64,000 nucleotides of DNA from the human T2T-CHM13v2.0 reference genome, Homo sapiens (GCF_009914755.1 NC_060926.1), one strand, 5' to 3'. Shown: positions 33,117 through 49,889, numbered from the stretch's first letter. Numbers and translations: made by a program. Notes: generated from the sequence alone by a model not told the origin.

Positions 33117-33164
33117 TCAGTGACAAGCTTGAGGTGTCCCTCAGTGACAAGCCTGAGGTGTCCC
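33117..33164. repeat. 24-bp tandem duplication
   Basis: tcagtgacaagcttgaggtgtccc / tcagtgacaagcctgaggtgtccc. Confidence 0.85.
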
Positions 33165-33739
33165 TTAAACAGCATTAGAACTGATGTGCAAGGGAAATGG
33201 GGGAGGCGGGAGATAAGTGGGGAATAGGGAAATCTGCATATCTCAAAGCTTGTGAAAGCATGGTGAATCCTGCAGTCCTAGAGTTAATAACTGGGTAATG
33301 ATAGTATTCTGAAAACTAAGAACTTTCTGGCATTTCTTATATAGATTCAGAGTTTTTAAAATTAATTAATCTCTTACTATGGTAAAAACACACAAGATCT
33401 ACCCTCTTAAGTTTTTACATCAGCTGAGAGTCCCCGCAGTGCCAGGTAAAAAGCTATAGGCAGTGGTGAAGGAAAAGTAACTACTCTAGAGCAGGGGGAA
33501 AAGAAACCCAAATCTTCTCTCCTCATTCCCCATGTCCTAAATAGCAGACAAAATATTTTAGCGGCAGGTTTCCACAGGAGTAGAAAATCATTACCCAGGG
33601 GCAGCTTGTCCCAATGACCGAGGTCTCAAAGAACACCTCCCTCAGCTTTGTCAGAAGCCCACACCATTCCACTACCTAGCTAGGCAAACACTCCACCTTG
33701 GCGCTTGTTTTTTTAATGACTCTGTTTTATTCTTTTTAA

Positions 33740-34050
33740 TTTTTTTTTTTTTCTGAGACAGGGTCTCACTATGTTGCCCAGGCTGGAGCATAGTGGCAGG
33801 ATCACAGCTTGCTGTAGCCTTGACCGTCTGAGCTCAAGTGATCCTCCCACCTCAGCCTCCTGAGTAGCTGGGATGATAGGTGTGCACCACTGTGCCGGCT
33901 AATTTTTTCTTTCTTTTTTTTTTTTAAGGTAGACACAAGGTCTTGCTATTTTGCCCTGGCTGGTCTTGAACTCCTGGGCTCAAGCAATCCCCCTGCCTTG
34001 GCCTCCCAAAGTGCTGAGAGTACAAGTGTGAGCCAGTGCTCCCAGCCCTG
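33740..34050 (-). mobile_element. AluJ
   Basis: Diverged dimeric Alu. Confidence 0.85.
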
Positions 34051-35057
34051 GCTTTTTTAAAAAAAGACAAACTCAAACATTGAAAAAAAAAAAATCCAAG
34101 GACTCGCTAAAGGATAATACAGAGAGAAGCAATATTAATAAATTCATCTCTCAAAGGGAATTCAAAAAGGATGGAAATTGGGAGTGGGGAGGAGGAAGCA
34201 AAAATGTGTACGAAACTCTCTTGAGACAGGCATCATTGTTTGCTGGTCTCCAGAGAACCCTGTAGCTGTGTGATTCCAATCTAGAGAATTTCTAATTTCT
34301 AATTTGCAGTTACCGAAACAAATTTACACATTTCTGCAGTGATGGATCTATATCAGATGCTGTGGAAACACACTTGGCTATGGTGGCTAAATTTACGTAT
34401 TCCCCTTATACCAGGCAAAGGAATGGAAAGAAATATTCTTCCTTGTTTAAGAAAAATAATAGCTTCTGCTCCATTACATCTGATCTGTAATGATGGGAGT
34501 AAGTATACCCGCAGGGAAGGAATCTTTTGACTGGCATTTTGTTAAAGTACAGTACACTCTGTTGTTGGTTTGTTTTTTTTTTTTTTAATGGAATTCATTA
34601 TTGACAAATCCTACCACTTAACTTCTTAAAGACCTGAATCCTACCAAACTCTACTACTGTTTTACTGTGGTCAAATTATTAAGACAAAAGCTCGCACTGG
34701 GAAGATAACAATAGAGATAATCAGACCGAAAATAAACATAAGACTATTTTGAAGCCCTAAACCAACCCAAAGAGAGCACCAGGGAAAGTTTTCCCAAGCC
34801 CCCCAGCAAATGAAAGGCTGTGAGCCTGAGGCCAGCAGGTCTGCGGTGCTGGCCTCCTTGCTGGCAGTTTCATAAAAGCCTGATGACAACAGGAGAGGCT
34901 GCATGTGTATCCCACTGCCTCTCATACAAGTGTCCTGATTCTTTTCTTTTTGTTTGATTTTCTGCTCCACAGACTACCCTGCTGGACAAGATTGCTTTTC
35001 AACTTGGAGGGAAGAAGTCTGGTTTCCACATTCTTTCATATTTTATTGAGTACATTA

Positions 35058-35252
<195 letters not shown>

Positions 35253-37392
35253 TCAGAGCCCGACTGGCAGCGTAAAAAAGGAAAATCCAGCAAAGCCTCC
35301 ACATCTTGCTATCTTGAAAAGAAGGAGGTGAAACTTCCTTCCTCAGGGGGGAATGACAGTTTGACACTTAGGCCAACCCTGGAGAGGTTCAGAGGGATGG
35401 TCCCAAACTCTGTCTCAGATCAATCTACCTCTGGGTTTGTTTCTAGCTGAAATGTCAAGATTGTTTCTCAGACCAGTCTTTCCAGGATCACCCCAGCCAT
35501 ATTCAAAATAACAAAATAAACCCATTTGGAAAAAAAAGCGGAGCCAGATGTGGCAGCAAGGTACTCAATGAAAGAAAAAGAGATAGTAAAAGACTGTCAT
35601 ATTTTACAAGCCAGAGCTAAAATTCAGAGCTACAATTATTTTTTTCCTCTTTGTGGTAAGCGTTCTTGGCAGCAGACCCACTTGCTTCTGCTTCCTTGGA
35701 TTGTAGAGCAATTAAAACTACTTTGGTGCCTTAAGTCAGAAGGGGAAAAGTCTCCTCCAGTTCCAATTCTAAAATGTATTATCCTAAGCAAAACTCTGAT
35801 ACAGGTACATGGCTACACCCACACAAAAGGGAAGAATTTAGAAAGATAAATTTCAGTATCATTTCAAGACAAAACCAGAAAAACTCTTCAAGGCAAAGCT
35901 GAGAAATGGAACATCTAGTTACCATGAGTACAACACCCTCAAGATCAAAGCCACATTCTATATTCCTGTGGTGAGTGACAGAGATTTGAATTTGGATAAT
36001 GAGAGTATATTTGCATCTGAAATCTGTTAACTAGTAGAGAAAAAAAAAAAACGTTTAACAAAACTTCTACCAACTTCTTTTTTTTGGTTTCTGTAAGAAA
36101 GAAAAAAATGTGTGTGACTATGGATATATAAAAATAAATAAAATATATATCTCCTTTCATGAAATGAAAAATCCCATTTGTACATCTTCAACTGTAGCTG
36201 TTTATATTATGTAATCATAACCATATTCATATAATATTCATAATGATATTCATATCATTATAATCATTGTATATAATCACATGTGAAATATGAAATCTGG
36301 GGCACTGTAATTCCACAGGTATAGAACACCTAAAAATTCACATGCAGCTTTCAATGGCACTTCAGTGCTCAACCTTTGCCCACATTCCTGCTCACTTATC
36401 TAAAACCCAAAGCCCTCCCAGACCCGCTTCCAAGGGGCAGGAACATGGCTCAGCCCATTTTCCTAATTGCCTTGGGACTATAAATCCCCCAACTACCCCT
36501 ATTCCAATCCTGACTCCTTAACTCCTTTCAATATTCAAAATTGCCAGCACTGATACTAAATTCCTTCCCTCTTCATGGACAGCTTATTGTCCTGGATTCC
36601 CCAGGGCCTTAATCCCCTCTTTGTCCTTCGAGCAGGGAGGTGCAGCAATTTGCTATCTCTCTCTCATGGTTTCCTCTAACTCCTCAACTCGACACAATCC
36701 AGACCACTGGCACACAGGTCCCCCAACGATGTACTGACCCAATTTTACATGTTGATTTGCCTGCCTTTCTCTCTCTTTGAATCTGTTGTACTGCAGGCAG
36801 AAGGAAGCACTTTAATGTTTCAATCTAAGCAAACAATACTTTCAAAAGGATTGCTGCATGAAAAATTATGTTAAAATGATAATCCAAGTAATTGCTCCTG
36901 TAGCTAGTATTAAAGACCAAATCAATTGAAAAAGTTTACTACTTCCCTGAAATCTCTTGTTTAAATAATGGTTGCAAAGACTATCTTAAATAATGGTTGC
37001 ATATCTGCTTTATGTTTTAACTAAAGCAGATTTAAAAATGAATAGAACCACAAATTTTTATTCTAATTCCCCCAAATTTGCCACTACCAGACAGTGTCAG
37101 TCCCTGGGTGCCAAGTGTTAAATGTGGACATTATGTTTAAATAAATACAAAGGTCTTTCATGTTTGTAATCATTAGTAAATTATAACATCCTGCTGGGCA
37201 GGAGTACTCCAATCCGTGTCCCCCACCCCCACCCCACAGCTGCCTCCTCCTCTTCCTTCTCTCTTTTAGAAATAATTGATTGAGATTTATACTCCTTTAA
37301 CAATGCTTCAAATTTTTTGAAGTATACAAGTAATAGGCTTTCTACTGAAACTTTACAAAAATGGTACAATAAAAAGAAATAACTGACTACAT

Positions 37393-37696
37393 TTTGTTTG
37401 TGTTTGTTTGTTTGAGACAGGGCCTCACTCTGTCACCCAGGCTGGAGTGCAGTGGCAGGAACAGCTCACTGCAACCTCAACCTCCCCAGGTTCAGGTGAT
37501 CCTCCCACCTCAGCTTCCCGAGTAGCTGGGACTACAAGCGTGCACCACCACGCCCAGCTAATTTTTGTATTTTTTGTAGAGATGGGGGTCTTACCATGTT
37601 GCCCAGGCTGATCTCGAACTGCTAGGCTCAAGCGATCCACTCGCCTTGGCCTTCCAAAATGCTAAGATTACAGGCGTGAGCCACTGCACCCAGCTG
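37393..37696 (-). mobile_element. AluJ
   Basis: Dimeric Alu; TSD gactacatttt. Confidence 0.87.
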
Positions 37697-37969
37697 GGAC
37701 TACATTTTAAAAATACATACACCTTAATTGTTGTATGCTTTGAAGATTAGTTACCTAGCACACATACCAAATCCCAACAACGCACAGGACATAACCACAA
37801 AACTCAATTGATGTGCATTTATAAACACATATAATCTAGCAAGTAAGAGTGCAAATAATCAATGACACTATAGCAAGGCACACATCTGTAAGTTTGTTTC
37901 ATGCCTATGTTTGAAGGAGGAAAACTTCTGACAATTAATGATTTGTATATGTTTTAAAAATTAACATAC

Positions 37970-38092
37970 AAGCCAAGTGCAATGACACATGCCTGTAGTC
38001 CCAGCTGCTCACAAGACTGAGGCAGGAGGATTACTTGAGCCCAGGAGTTCAAGGCCAGCCTGGGCAATGGAGCAAGACCCCTATCTCTTAAA
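37970..38092 (+). mobile_element. FLAM/FAM Alu monomer
   Basis: Single arm gcctgtagtcccagc...cctgggcaatgg...tctctt. Confidence 0.7.
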
Positions 38093-38203
38093 ATTTTTTT
38101 TTTTTTAGTAATTAGTATACATTTTTAAAACCTCATGATAGGCCTAGGAACATAAGGCAAATACTTTCCAGAAACGCTGAATAATTTTAGCAAAGATAAA
38201 GAC

Positions 38204-38238
38204 TGCAAAAACCGCAGTTACTTTTGTACCAACGTAAT
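38204..38238. mobile_element. MADE1 half / solo Hsmar1 TIR
   Basis: gcaaaaaccgcagttacttttgtaccaacgtaata resembles the right half of MADE1. Confidence 0.7.
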
Positions 38239-40288
38239 AATTTGTCTAAAACTCTGGATGTTTATAATGCTTAAAGGGAAACACACATGGCAAATATGCA
38301 CTGTTCTTTTTCGGATTCTGAGGTTGACCACTCTCTCTATCCTACATATTAAACTGGGGATAGGGAAGGGGGAGTAAAATCTGAGATTAGTTCAATTATA
38401 CTGGTAATAAATCAAGCAACTCAGAATGAGGGACTATGATGTTATCAAACTCTTGAACTGGGTGTTTCCTCTCTGCGAAACAAATACAGAGAAATACCAT
38501 ATTTCTTCTAAGACTCTATTGATTATAAATGATATCATTAATAACAGCTTTCCAAAGGGGAAAAGCACTGCTTGCAGTAAATATAATCTTTAATATAGAG
38601 AATTTCATAAATACAGTAACTTTTCAATAAAAAATAGTACCTGTATTTCTACAAATATGCTAATGTTTGCTATTTTTAATAGCAGCAAAATTGAACAGGA
38701 AGAAATTCAAATTCCCAATAAAACAGCTAAGTAGATACAATTCTATGCTATTAATTGGGCAATATGATTTGATAATAAAATCACGCCAAATGACAAAAAC
38801 AGAACATAAAATATTAGGCACACATTTGATCATAAATATGTCAAAATTTACCTAAGTTTCTCAAAACCCAAGTGGCTTAAAGATTAAAACATTGATTGCC
38901 TCCTGGAAAGAGAAACTGAATAGCTGGGAGAAATAATTTTCATAGCATACTCTATTGTACCTTTTAAATTTCAAAACATATGAATGTATTAACTACGCAA
39001 CAACAACAAGAAACAGACCTGGTCTTAGAAACAATGGCTTCTTTATAGACTAAGTCTTCTCTCGCATATTCTTCTTCATGGTAAATTTGGTAATTTGGCA
39101 AATATATTTTTTAAACTGGTTGGCGTTAGTTACTGTGGACCCAAGGTTTTTTAAAAAGCTTATTATATATGAACATCAAAAAACCTAATCAAATATAGCT
39201 AGTGACCTGAAATAATCGACACTAAGATATATAAAATTTTAAATTAAATCACAATGATACACAGCTATATAAATGTAAATGGACATTGCTAAATTTGGCA
39301 TCTTGCTGCTTCTGTTACTAATGCTTACATTAGATAACATACCACTCTATATCATACCTTTGCTGAATTTTTTTCACTCATGAAATCACCAAAATTAGCT
39401 TCTAATTCTCTAATTGCTTAAATTTCCCGCCTATTTTTTAAAAGAGATACAAACATTAATACTAAAACAGACTTAGATGCTTTCTATTTTTCAGTATTCT
39501 GTTGTCATTTCTTTGTTCTAGAACTGAGTTTAAAAGATACATAAAAGGGAACAAATCTCATTTTGAATGAGGGTTACCCATATATAACAGAAATGGAAAG
39601 AATAAAAAACTTCCATTTAATCTTATATCATATGAATTTTTTAATGAGAAAATCAACTAAAGCTGACAGCAAAAGTTAGCGGGGAAAAGGATGTAATTTT
39701 GAGATGTCACCATGCCTCCACAGTGCCAAAGGCCGAGGGGCTGTATACAGGATTAGGCCTATTCAACCTTCTGCCCTCTCAATCCTACCCCTGGGGCAAG
39801 GTTCACAAAGAGGTTGGAGGCTGGGCCCTGCTTGTGCCAAGTCCTTTGTTTATTTCCTTCTTTGATCTGTTGTCTCCTATAGATTGAAATGATTTCCCTC
39901 CAACCACAAAATATCCAATCTAAGCAACTCATTATAAAGTCTTCCCTTATCGAGACTGATGAAAATCTAACTTCAATTTATTTAAGGTCACATCAACTCC
40001 AGATGAACACAGTATGTGCGTATAAAATAACCAGATAAACAGTAAAAGTCACAGAACTAGCTGTCACTAGGACTGACTCAAGAGGAACAGGAACAGACAG
40101 TGACTCAGCCTTGCACACCACCAACCGTTCATATTTTTGTAAAGCAATAGGAAATGCTATGGTTCTTTCTAAAATAGGATAGTGATAGTTTAAAAGAAAT
40201 AAATGCAATGTGCTCATTGCTGAGTGATGATATATGCGAGGGTGTTACAAATTAACACTACATATACTCCTAACTAGGGTAAGGGAAG

Positions 40289-40706
40289 TGCTATGATCCG
40301 AATATTGGTGTTTCCCCACAATGCATATGTTGGAACTAATATCCAACATTATAGTATTAAGAAGTAGGGCCTTTTGGGAGGTGATTAAGTCATGATGGTT
40401 CTGCCCTAGTGAATGGGATTAGTGCCCTTATAAATGAGGTTGAAGGGAGCTGCCTTGTCTCTCCTACCATGCAAGCACACAGCAGCAAGGTACATGCAAG
40501 CACACAGCAGCAAGGTACATGCAAGCACACAGCAGCAAGGTGCCATCTTGGAAGCAGAGAGCAAGCCCTCCCTCACCAGACACTGAATCTGCTGGTACCT
40601 TGATCTTGAACTTCCAGCCTCCAGAATTGTGAGCAATAAATTTCTGTTGTTTATAAATTACTCCATCGAAGGTATTTTTTAATAGCAGCCAAAATGAACT
40701 AAGACA
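40289..40706 (+). mobile_element. ERVL-MaLR solo LTR (MSTD/MLT1A-like)
   Basis: TG...CA termini (tgctatg...ctaagaca); gccatcttggaagcagaga and aataaatttctgttgtttataa; probable 5-bp TSD ggaag/gcaag. Confidence 0.82.
40468..40541. repeat. 25-bp unit x3 minisatellite inside the LTR
   Basis: catgcaagcacacagcagcaaggta repeated three times. Confidence 0.9.
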
Positions 40707-41599
40707 GCAAGAATGAAAATCCCTGTGTACCTATCATAAGCCACTTTTGACATAAATATATAAGGATTTTCAACTTGTATGCATATCTATATGTGTTCAC
40801 ATAAGTATGTAGGCATAAAGTTGGACTACACTAATTCCTGGGGATGAGAGGTGGAAGAGCTGTTTCCAAACTACTCTTTAGAGATATACAAGCTTGGCTT
40901 GCTGAGGAAGACATAGAATTCTTCATCATAAGGAGCTGGCTAGTTACAGATCTTGGCCCCCAGGATTAGTAAATGCTCCGCCTAACATGTGGGCTTTTTG
41001 CTTTACCGATATGAAGGGAGGGTGTGTGTATGTGGTGTGTGTAGACACATGCTTAAGCTGAGAAAAAGCATGGGAGAGTTGAAAGATTCTAGGTTTGGAA
41101 GACTACTGACCTAGATCGTCATAGATTTTGCATTCGGCATAACCATTCCATTCCCACAACCATGCTCTCTGCCTCACCGAGGTCTTGTGCACTACTAACT
41201 CATTTGAGAGCACTATGCAGACTGAAAGCAAGACACAAAGGGAAAGAACGTGTTCTCCAGAAAGTGTGTTCGCATAGGGTTGTGAAAATTCACCTGCAAC
41301 ATTAGCACTTTGCTGAGTAATAAGTTTTGAGTTTCATGACTTCCATCCACTCAGGAGTATATACTCTCTGAAAGAGGTAATGCAGTCAGCTAGGTAAGTT
41401 TATCACTAATCTCTGATTCGAGTTTAACAATTAAAAAAGAACAGGTACTTACCAAAGAGACCATTAGAAAGTACCTAAAGGTTAGTCCATTTAGATTTTT
41501 TAATATTCTGCTTTGTTAATTTGAAAAGATATTTAAATTTATTCTCCCTTAAGTTTCTGGATCTATCCAAAAAACTACATAATTACTTTTTCTTTAAAA

Positions 41600-42550
41600 A
41601 CTACTATAAACATCATTAATAAAAGTAATAAACAAGTCACAAACTGGCAAAAAAATATCCACAACACATCTGTTTGACAAAGGGCTGTATCCATGATGTA
41701 TAAACAACTTTTACAATTAGTAAAAAATATGAAACCTAATAAAATGTACGCAAAAGACTTGAACAGATACTTCACACACACACACACACACACACATATA
41801 CGAATAGCCAATAAACACATGAAAAGATAATCAACATCTTTAGGAATCAGAAGAATGCAAATTTAAACCACAATAAGATACTATTTCACATACCTACAAT
41901 GATTACTATCAAAAACACTACAGATATCAAACATTAGTGAAGATGTGGAACAACTGGAATACTTGTACACTGCTTAGGAGACTATAAAATGATCCATCCA
42001 CTTCTAAGAACTAACTGGCAGTTTATTTTAAATTGAATATACATCGACTCTATTCTATTCTTAGATACCCAAGAAAAATGAAAATATTGGTTGACAAAAA
42101 GATTTGTACAAGAATGTTTACAGCAACCTTATTTGTAACAGACAAAAACCCAAACATCCATCAAGAGAAAAATGGATAAACAAATTGTGGTAAATTCGTA
42201 CGATGAAATACTACTCAGCAAAATTTAAAACAAACACAAACCTGATACCCACACAAGGATGACTCTCTGAAAACATGTTAAACAAAAGAAGCCAGCCATG
42301 AAAGAATGCATCTCGTGCACTCCATTTACATGAAATCCAAGAACAACAAAACTTCAGACAGAAATCAGAAGTGTGATTGCATGGGGTAAGGGAGAAGGGA
42401 CTGAATGGAAAGACGCATGAACGACTTTTCTGGGGTGAAATGTTCATTATCTTAGGTGGTGATTACATGGGTGTATACAACTGTCAAAACTCATTGAGCT
42501 GAATATCTAAAATCTGTTCCTTTTAAAAATGTTAATTATACCTAAAAAAC
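41600..42550 (+). mobile_element. Ancient L1M 3' end fragment
   Basis: caaaagacttgaacagatacttcac...gaagatgtggaacaactggaa...ggtgattacatgggtgtatac. Confidence 0.65.
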
Positions 42551-42988
42551 CAAATATGTAAATATGTCATATTCATACACTTATTAAAGGAAGGAAGGAA
42601 AGAGGCAAGAAAGTCACTATAAAGTTGAATAGGGTCATCTAGATTTATTTTGACACAATCAATGATTTGATTCCCCCAAAAGGACATCATAGAATAAAAG
42701 GACTTGGTCTAAAAAAATCAGAATACTTGGGTTCACATGAAACCTCCAGCATATATTAGCTGTGTAAATTGGGGTAAGAGAGTTAGCCTTTTTGGACTTC
42801 TGTTTCTCATCTACCTATTTTATAGAGGGTGACAATAATGCATAATAATGTACTTTGAAAATTCTAGGTTGACATTAAGGTACTATTTTTGCCCACAATA
42901 GATATCATAATCAAACATTCAATTATATTTGTGTCTTCGAATAAACATACATTTGTACATATAAATATTATATATAAACACATATATA

Positions 42989-43350
42989 CAGGTGGTCCCC
43001 AACTTAACAATGATACAACTTATGGTTTTTTGACTTTACAATGGTGCAAAAGCAATATGCATTCAGTAGAAACAATACTTCAAGTACTCATACAGCCTGT
43101 TTTTCACTTTCAGTACAGTATTCAATAAATTACATGAGATATCCAATACTGTATTATAAAACAGGCTTTGTGTTTTATGATTTTGCCCAATTATAGGCTA
43201 ACATAAGTGTTCTGAGCATGTTTTAGGTAGGATAGGCTAAGCTATGACATTCAGAAGGTTAGGTGTATTAAGTGCACTGTTGACCTAAAAATTTCCAACT
43301 CATGATAGGTTTATTACAATGTAACCTCATTGTAAGTCGAGGAATATCTG
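42989..43350 (-). mobile_element. MER47/Tigger5-family MITE
   Basis: TIRs caggtggtccccaactta ... taagtcgaggaatatctg. The internal sequence matches the recalled MER47A consensus in reverse. Confidence 0.78.
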
Positions 43351-43352
43351 GA

Positions 43353-43354
<2 letters not shown>

Positions 43355-43395
<41 letters not shown>
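43355..43395. repeat. (TG)~20 microsatellite
   Basis: Pure TG run. Confidence 0.9.
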
Positions 43396-43397
<2 letters not shown>

Positions 43398-43624
43398 AGA
43401 AAGACAGAAATTTTCTAATAGAAAAATAAACATATGGTCTGATAAGAATGGTTTACCTATGAGAATAACAGGAAAAATTATTTAAAACCTACTGTTACAT
43501 ATTTAATACTCATACAACACTCAACATTCATAAGAGATATTTACTGAGCAACTGTATACACACACATACAATCTTACCCCATCTCCACCTAAAAAAGGGT
43601 CAAGCAATTTTAAAAAATTATTAT

Positions 43625-43750
43625 TATTTGTAGAGATGGGGGGTCCCACTATGTTGCACAAGCTGGCCTTGAACTCCTAGGCTCAAGCCATCTTCCCACC
43701 TCAGCCTTCCAAAGTGTGGAGGTTACAGTCATGAGCCACCACACCTAGCC
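43625..43750 (-). mobile_element. FLAM/Alu monomer
   Basis: gtagagatggggg...gagccaccacacctagcc. Confidence 0.7.
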
Positions 43751-43938
43751 AAGGTCAGGCAATTTAACCTAGAGTTCAATTTATAGATACTACAAACAAA
43801 TAAACAAAAAACATGTTGGGATAGCACATCCAAGTTATCATAAATTCTGAATGAGTAAGTTTGTTTGAGAAGATTTTGATATAGATACAAAACACAAGTT
43901 TGGTTAATGTTCACAATGAGATTTAAAAATCTGAAAAT

Positions 43939-44270
<332 letters not shown>

Positions 44271-44589
44271 CTACTATTCCCAAAGGTTATATACTACTTC
44301 TAAAATAAGATATTCCACTGTGACTCCCTCTTTCCTGTAGTAAGTGAGAGTTGCTTGCATTTCCAATCAGGAAGTCAGAGTCAACAAAACTTCCATCTGG
44401 TTTTAAAAAGTGTGTGTGTGTGTGTGTGTACACATGTGCACACATATGTCTATGCATAAGAGCATGTACACATGTATATGAAAACATTAGAAGGAAATAC
44501 ACCAAAACATTAGCAATCAAAACTAAAACAAAACTGACATTTAGTAATATCTCTCTCTGTTCAAGGCAAAAAAAAAAAACCTAAAAAAC

Positions 44590-46917
<2,328 letters not shown>

Positions 46918-47280
46918 TGAATATATGAAAGAACAAATGAAAACCTATATCAAGTGTGAAAGAATATGGATTTGGAGATAGAAGTGGTTTGAACCACAAT
47001 TTTGATATTTACTAAGTCAAAATTTGGATTTCACTAAGGTTTTAGTTTTTTCAACTCTAGTTGGGAACAATAATGAGATAATCCCTATAAAATGTTCAGC
47101 CCAGTAAGAAAGGTATCTATTCCTCATTAGCTGATTCAAGCTACATCAAAAGCAATAATCATCATCAACAATAGTAGTAACGTTTTAGTTAAGTTGGGTG
47201 CTAGAAGCATGGATGCTCATTTTATTATTCTGTAATTATATTGTTTGTATTCTTTTGCATGTATCAAAAATCACAGGCCT

Positions 47281-47600
47281 TGGCCAGCCTGGTGACTCAC
47301 ACCTGTAATCCCAAAACTAGGAGGCCAAGGCAGGTGGGTTGCTTGAGCCCAGGAATTCGAGACCAGCCTGGGCAACATGATGAAACCCCATCTCTACAAA
47401 AAATACAAAAATTAGCAGAGGATGGTGGCATGCACCTGTAGTCCCAGCTACTGGGGAGGCTGAGAGATGGGAGGAGCCCTTGAGCCCAGGAGTTGTCAAG
47501 GCTGCAGTGAGCTGAGATCGCACCACGCCACTCCAGCCTGGGCAACAGACTGAGAGCCTGTCTCAAAAAAGAAGAAAAACAAACAAACAAAAAAACAAAA
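47281..47600 (+). mobile_element. AluJ
   Basis: Dimeric Alu; TSD aaaatcaca.gcctt. Confidence 0.85.
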
Positions 47601-47629
47601 ATCACATGCCTTTAAAAACAGATCATAAA

Positions 47630-47935
47630 GACCGGGTGTGGTGGCTCACGCCCGTAATCCCAGCACTTTGGGAGGCCGAGGCCGGTGGATCACCTGAGGT
47701 CGGGAGTTCGAGACCAGCCTAACATGGAGAAACCCCAGCTCTACTAAAAATACAAAATTAGCCGGGTGCAGTGGCACATGCCTGTAATCTCAGCTACTAG
47801 GGAGGCTGAGGCAGGAGAATCGCATTAACCTGGGAGGTGGAGGCTGCGGTGGGCCGAGATCGTGCCATTGCATTCCAGCCTGGATAACAAGAGCAAAACT
47901 CCATCTCAAAACAAAAACGAAAACAAAAACAAACC
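47630..47935 (+). mobile_element. AluSp-like
   Basis: aacatggagaaacccc and aacaagagcaaaactcc. Confidence 0.87.
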
Positions 47936-49651
47936 AGATAATAAAACAAAACATACAACAACAACAAAATATATAATGCCCAAGGACTAGAGATTTTCAC
48001 TTCTAGGTCACTTCATGATCTAGTCAACACACACCATTTTTCCTAAAAGGGAATATTGTCATTTCCATGGCAATAAAATTTCCCTCTCATCTATAGGGAA
48101 CTCAAGGCCTAGGTCCTAGCTAATCCTTCCTCTGGGAAAAAAAGCCTAGAACTCAATTTGAGCCATTTCTTCCTAATTAACCTGCAATAGGTTAATGTAT
48201 TAGGTGCATCTTTAAAATTGGGTAATTTTTGGAAGAACAGCAGCATTCTTCTCACTAGTGGCACTGACAGCACTCAGCCAAAAGCCATAAGGACACCGTA
48301 CATCGTATCACCACCACTACTCAGGATGATGAAGACTCAGGGTCAGGCTCACAGACAGCCACTCTTCACAGTGTTAATCTGGTGGCTGTTTGCCAGGTAT
48401 CATTTAGGAAATGGAGTATCCTATGTCCCATACAGCCTGATATTCTATAAAGAGAGACTCATTCTTTTTAAGACTTTATTCTCTGTTGAAATTTATAGAC
48501 TTTGGGGAGAAACAGTGAATTATGTTTTAACAATCATTTATAGCATAGCATAACTGAATTTGTCAGTAGAAACTCAATAATTGCACTTTTTTCTTCTTCC
48601 CTGAAAGAAGAGATTTAGAGCAAGGGGGAAGCAGAAAACGTTTGTGGTGAAGAACTGCAGACAACCTTATCATTCTGCCTAGAGTCCAACCTGACTATTT
48701 TTCATGCTGTCAATTTCCCACTAGACAATCCATCAAAGCCTCCAGAAATGAGTCATGATTAAGGAAGAGATTTAGAGTGTCAGCACAACCCTCAAGGCAA
48801 CCCAGACTTCAATAGAAATTCCTAAAGTTCAAACCTATAAACAGGGTCGGTAGCTAGGAAGAACAAAGGAACTAAACATCTTATTTTGGTTTAACCACTT
48901 AGGTCACATGTCAGACATGGAAACAGGTCAGCTTCATGACCAAAAACCTGGATATTGCAAATGGAAACAAATAATTAGCTACATGGAACAGAAAGAGCAT
49001 GACTTATATTTCTGGCAAAGGTATGCATGTGCTGTGATAAAAATGAGTTAGAAAGCTTCTTAACCAAACAGAAACTTAAAATGACCAAGAAAAAGAATAT
49101 TTATGATTGGCAAAGGTTCGCTCTCTAGATAAGAACCAATTACAGAATCTAATTGGAATAAAGGAAGAAGAGAAACTTCATTTTTGGTGATCCACCTAAG
49201 CAAAAGTTTTATTCTATGTCCACTGTTAACTCTTCATTAAAAAAGAAATGTAGCCAAAGAGATTTCCTTCCTGAGAATGTGCTGGGGCATGCATACAGGC
49301 ACACACACACCCACACAGCAGTCCACCTCTTCCAAAGCAACTCTGCAGAGGACTCAGGTATGTGCCACACTGACACATATCAAAGAGAACCTGGAGCAAC
49401 CTCTCTCTCTCTCTGACCCCCGAGGCAGTGTCTCTGAATTAAATGTTGCCAAGGTCACTGACCTCATCACTTCAGGTTTCACAAGCAACTGAGGAAGTTT
49501 TAGCCAAGACTGTCAGCCAATTCAACTGGAAGTTATTAATGTTTCCAAGAACAAAATGGACTAAACAAGTCTGAAACGAACCATGTGTTATCAAATATGA
49601 AACAAATACCACAAATGAAATTAGTTGAGCTGCAAATAGATTTAAGAATTG

Positions 49652-49889
49652 GTCATGCTTACACTTTAAAGACAGAAACCTTTGTGCGCTAAGTAAATAT
49701 CTGAGTCTCTTGGTTCAGAATTTCTGTCAATAGCTGAAATGTAGTTACCGTTATTATTGTTTGCCAATAATCATGTCATGCTTACACTTTAAAGACAGAA
49801 ACCTTTGTGCGCTAAGTAAATATCTGAGTCTCTTGGTTCAGAATTTCTGTCAATAGCTGAAATGTAGTTACCGTTATTATTGTTTGCCA
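49652..49889. repeat. Perfect 115-bp direct tandem duplication with an 8-bp junction insert
   Basis: 49652-49766 is identical to 49775-49889; spacer ataatcat. Confidence 0.95.

Noticed and set aside
36961-37001. ttaaataatggttgca repeated at 25-bp spacing; similar micro-duplications near 61058-61130
   Set aside because: Short slippage duplications in AT-rich intron DNA with no supporting context.
40468-40541. Short direct repeats as a CRISPR-like array
   Set aside because: The units are contiguous with no spacers and lie in a mammalian LTR; this is an ordinary minisatellite.
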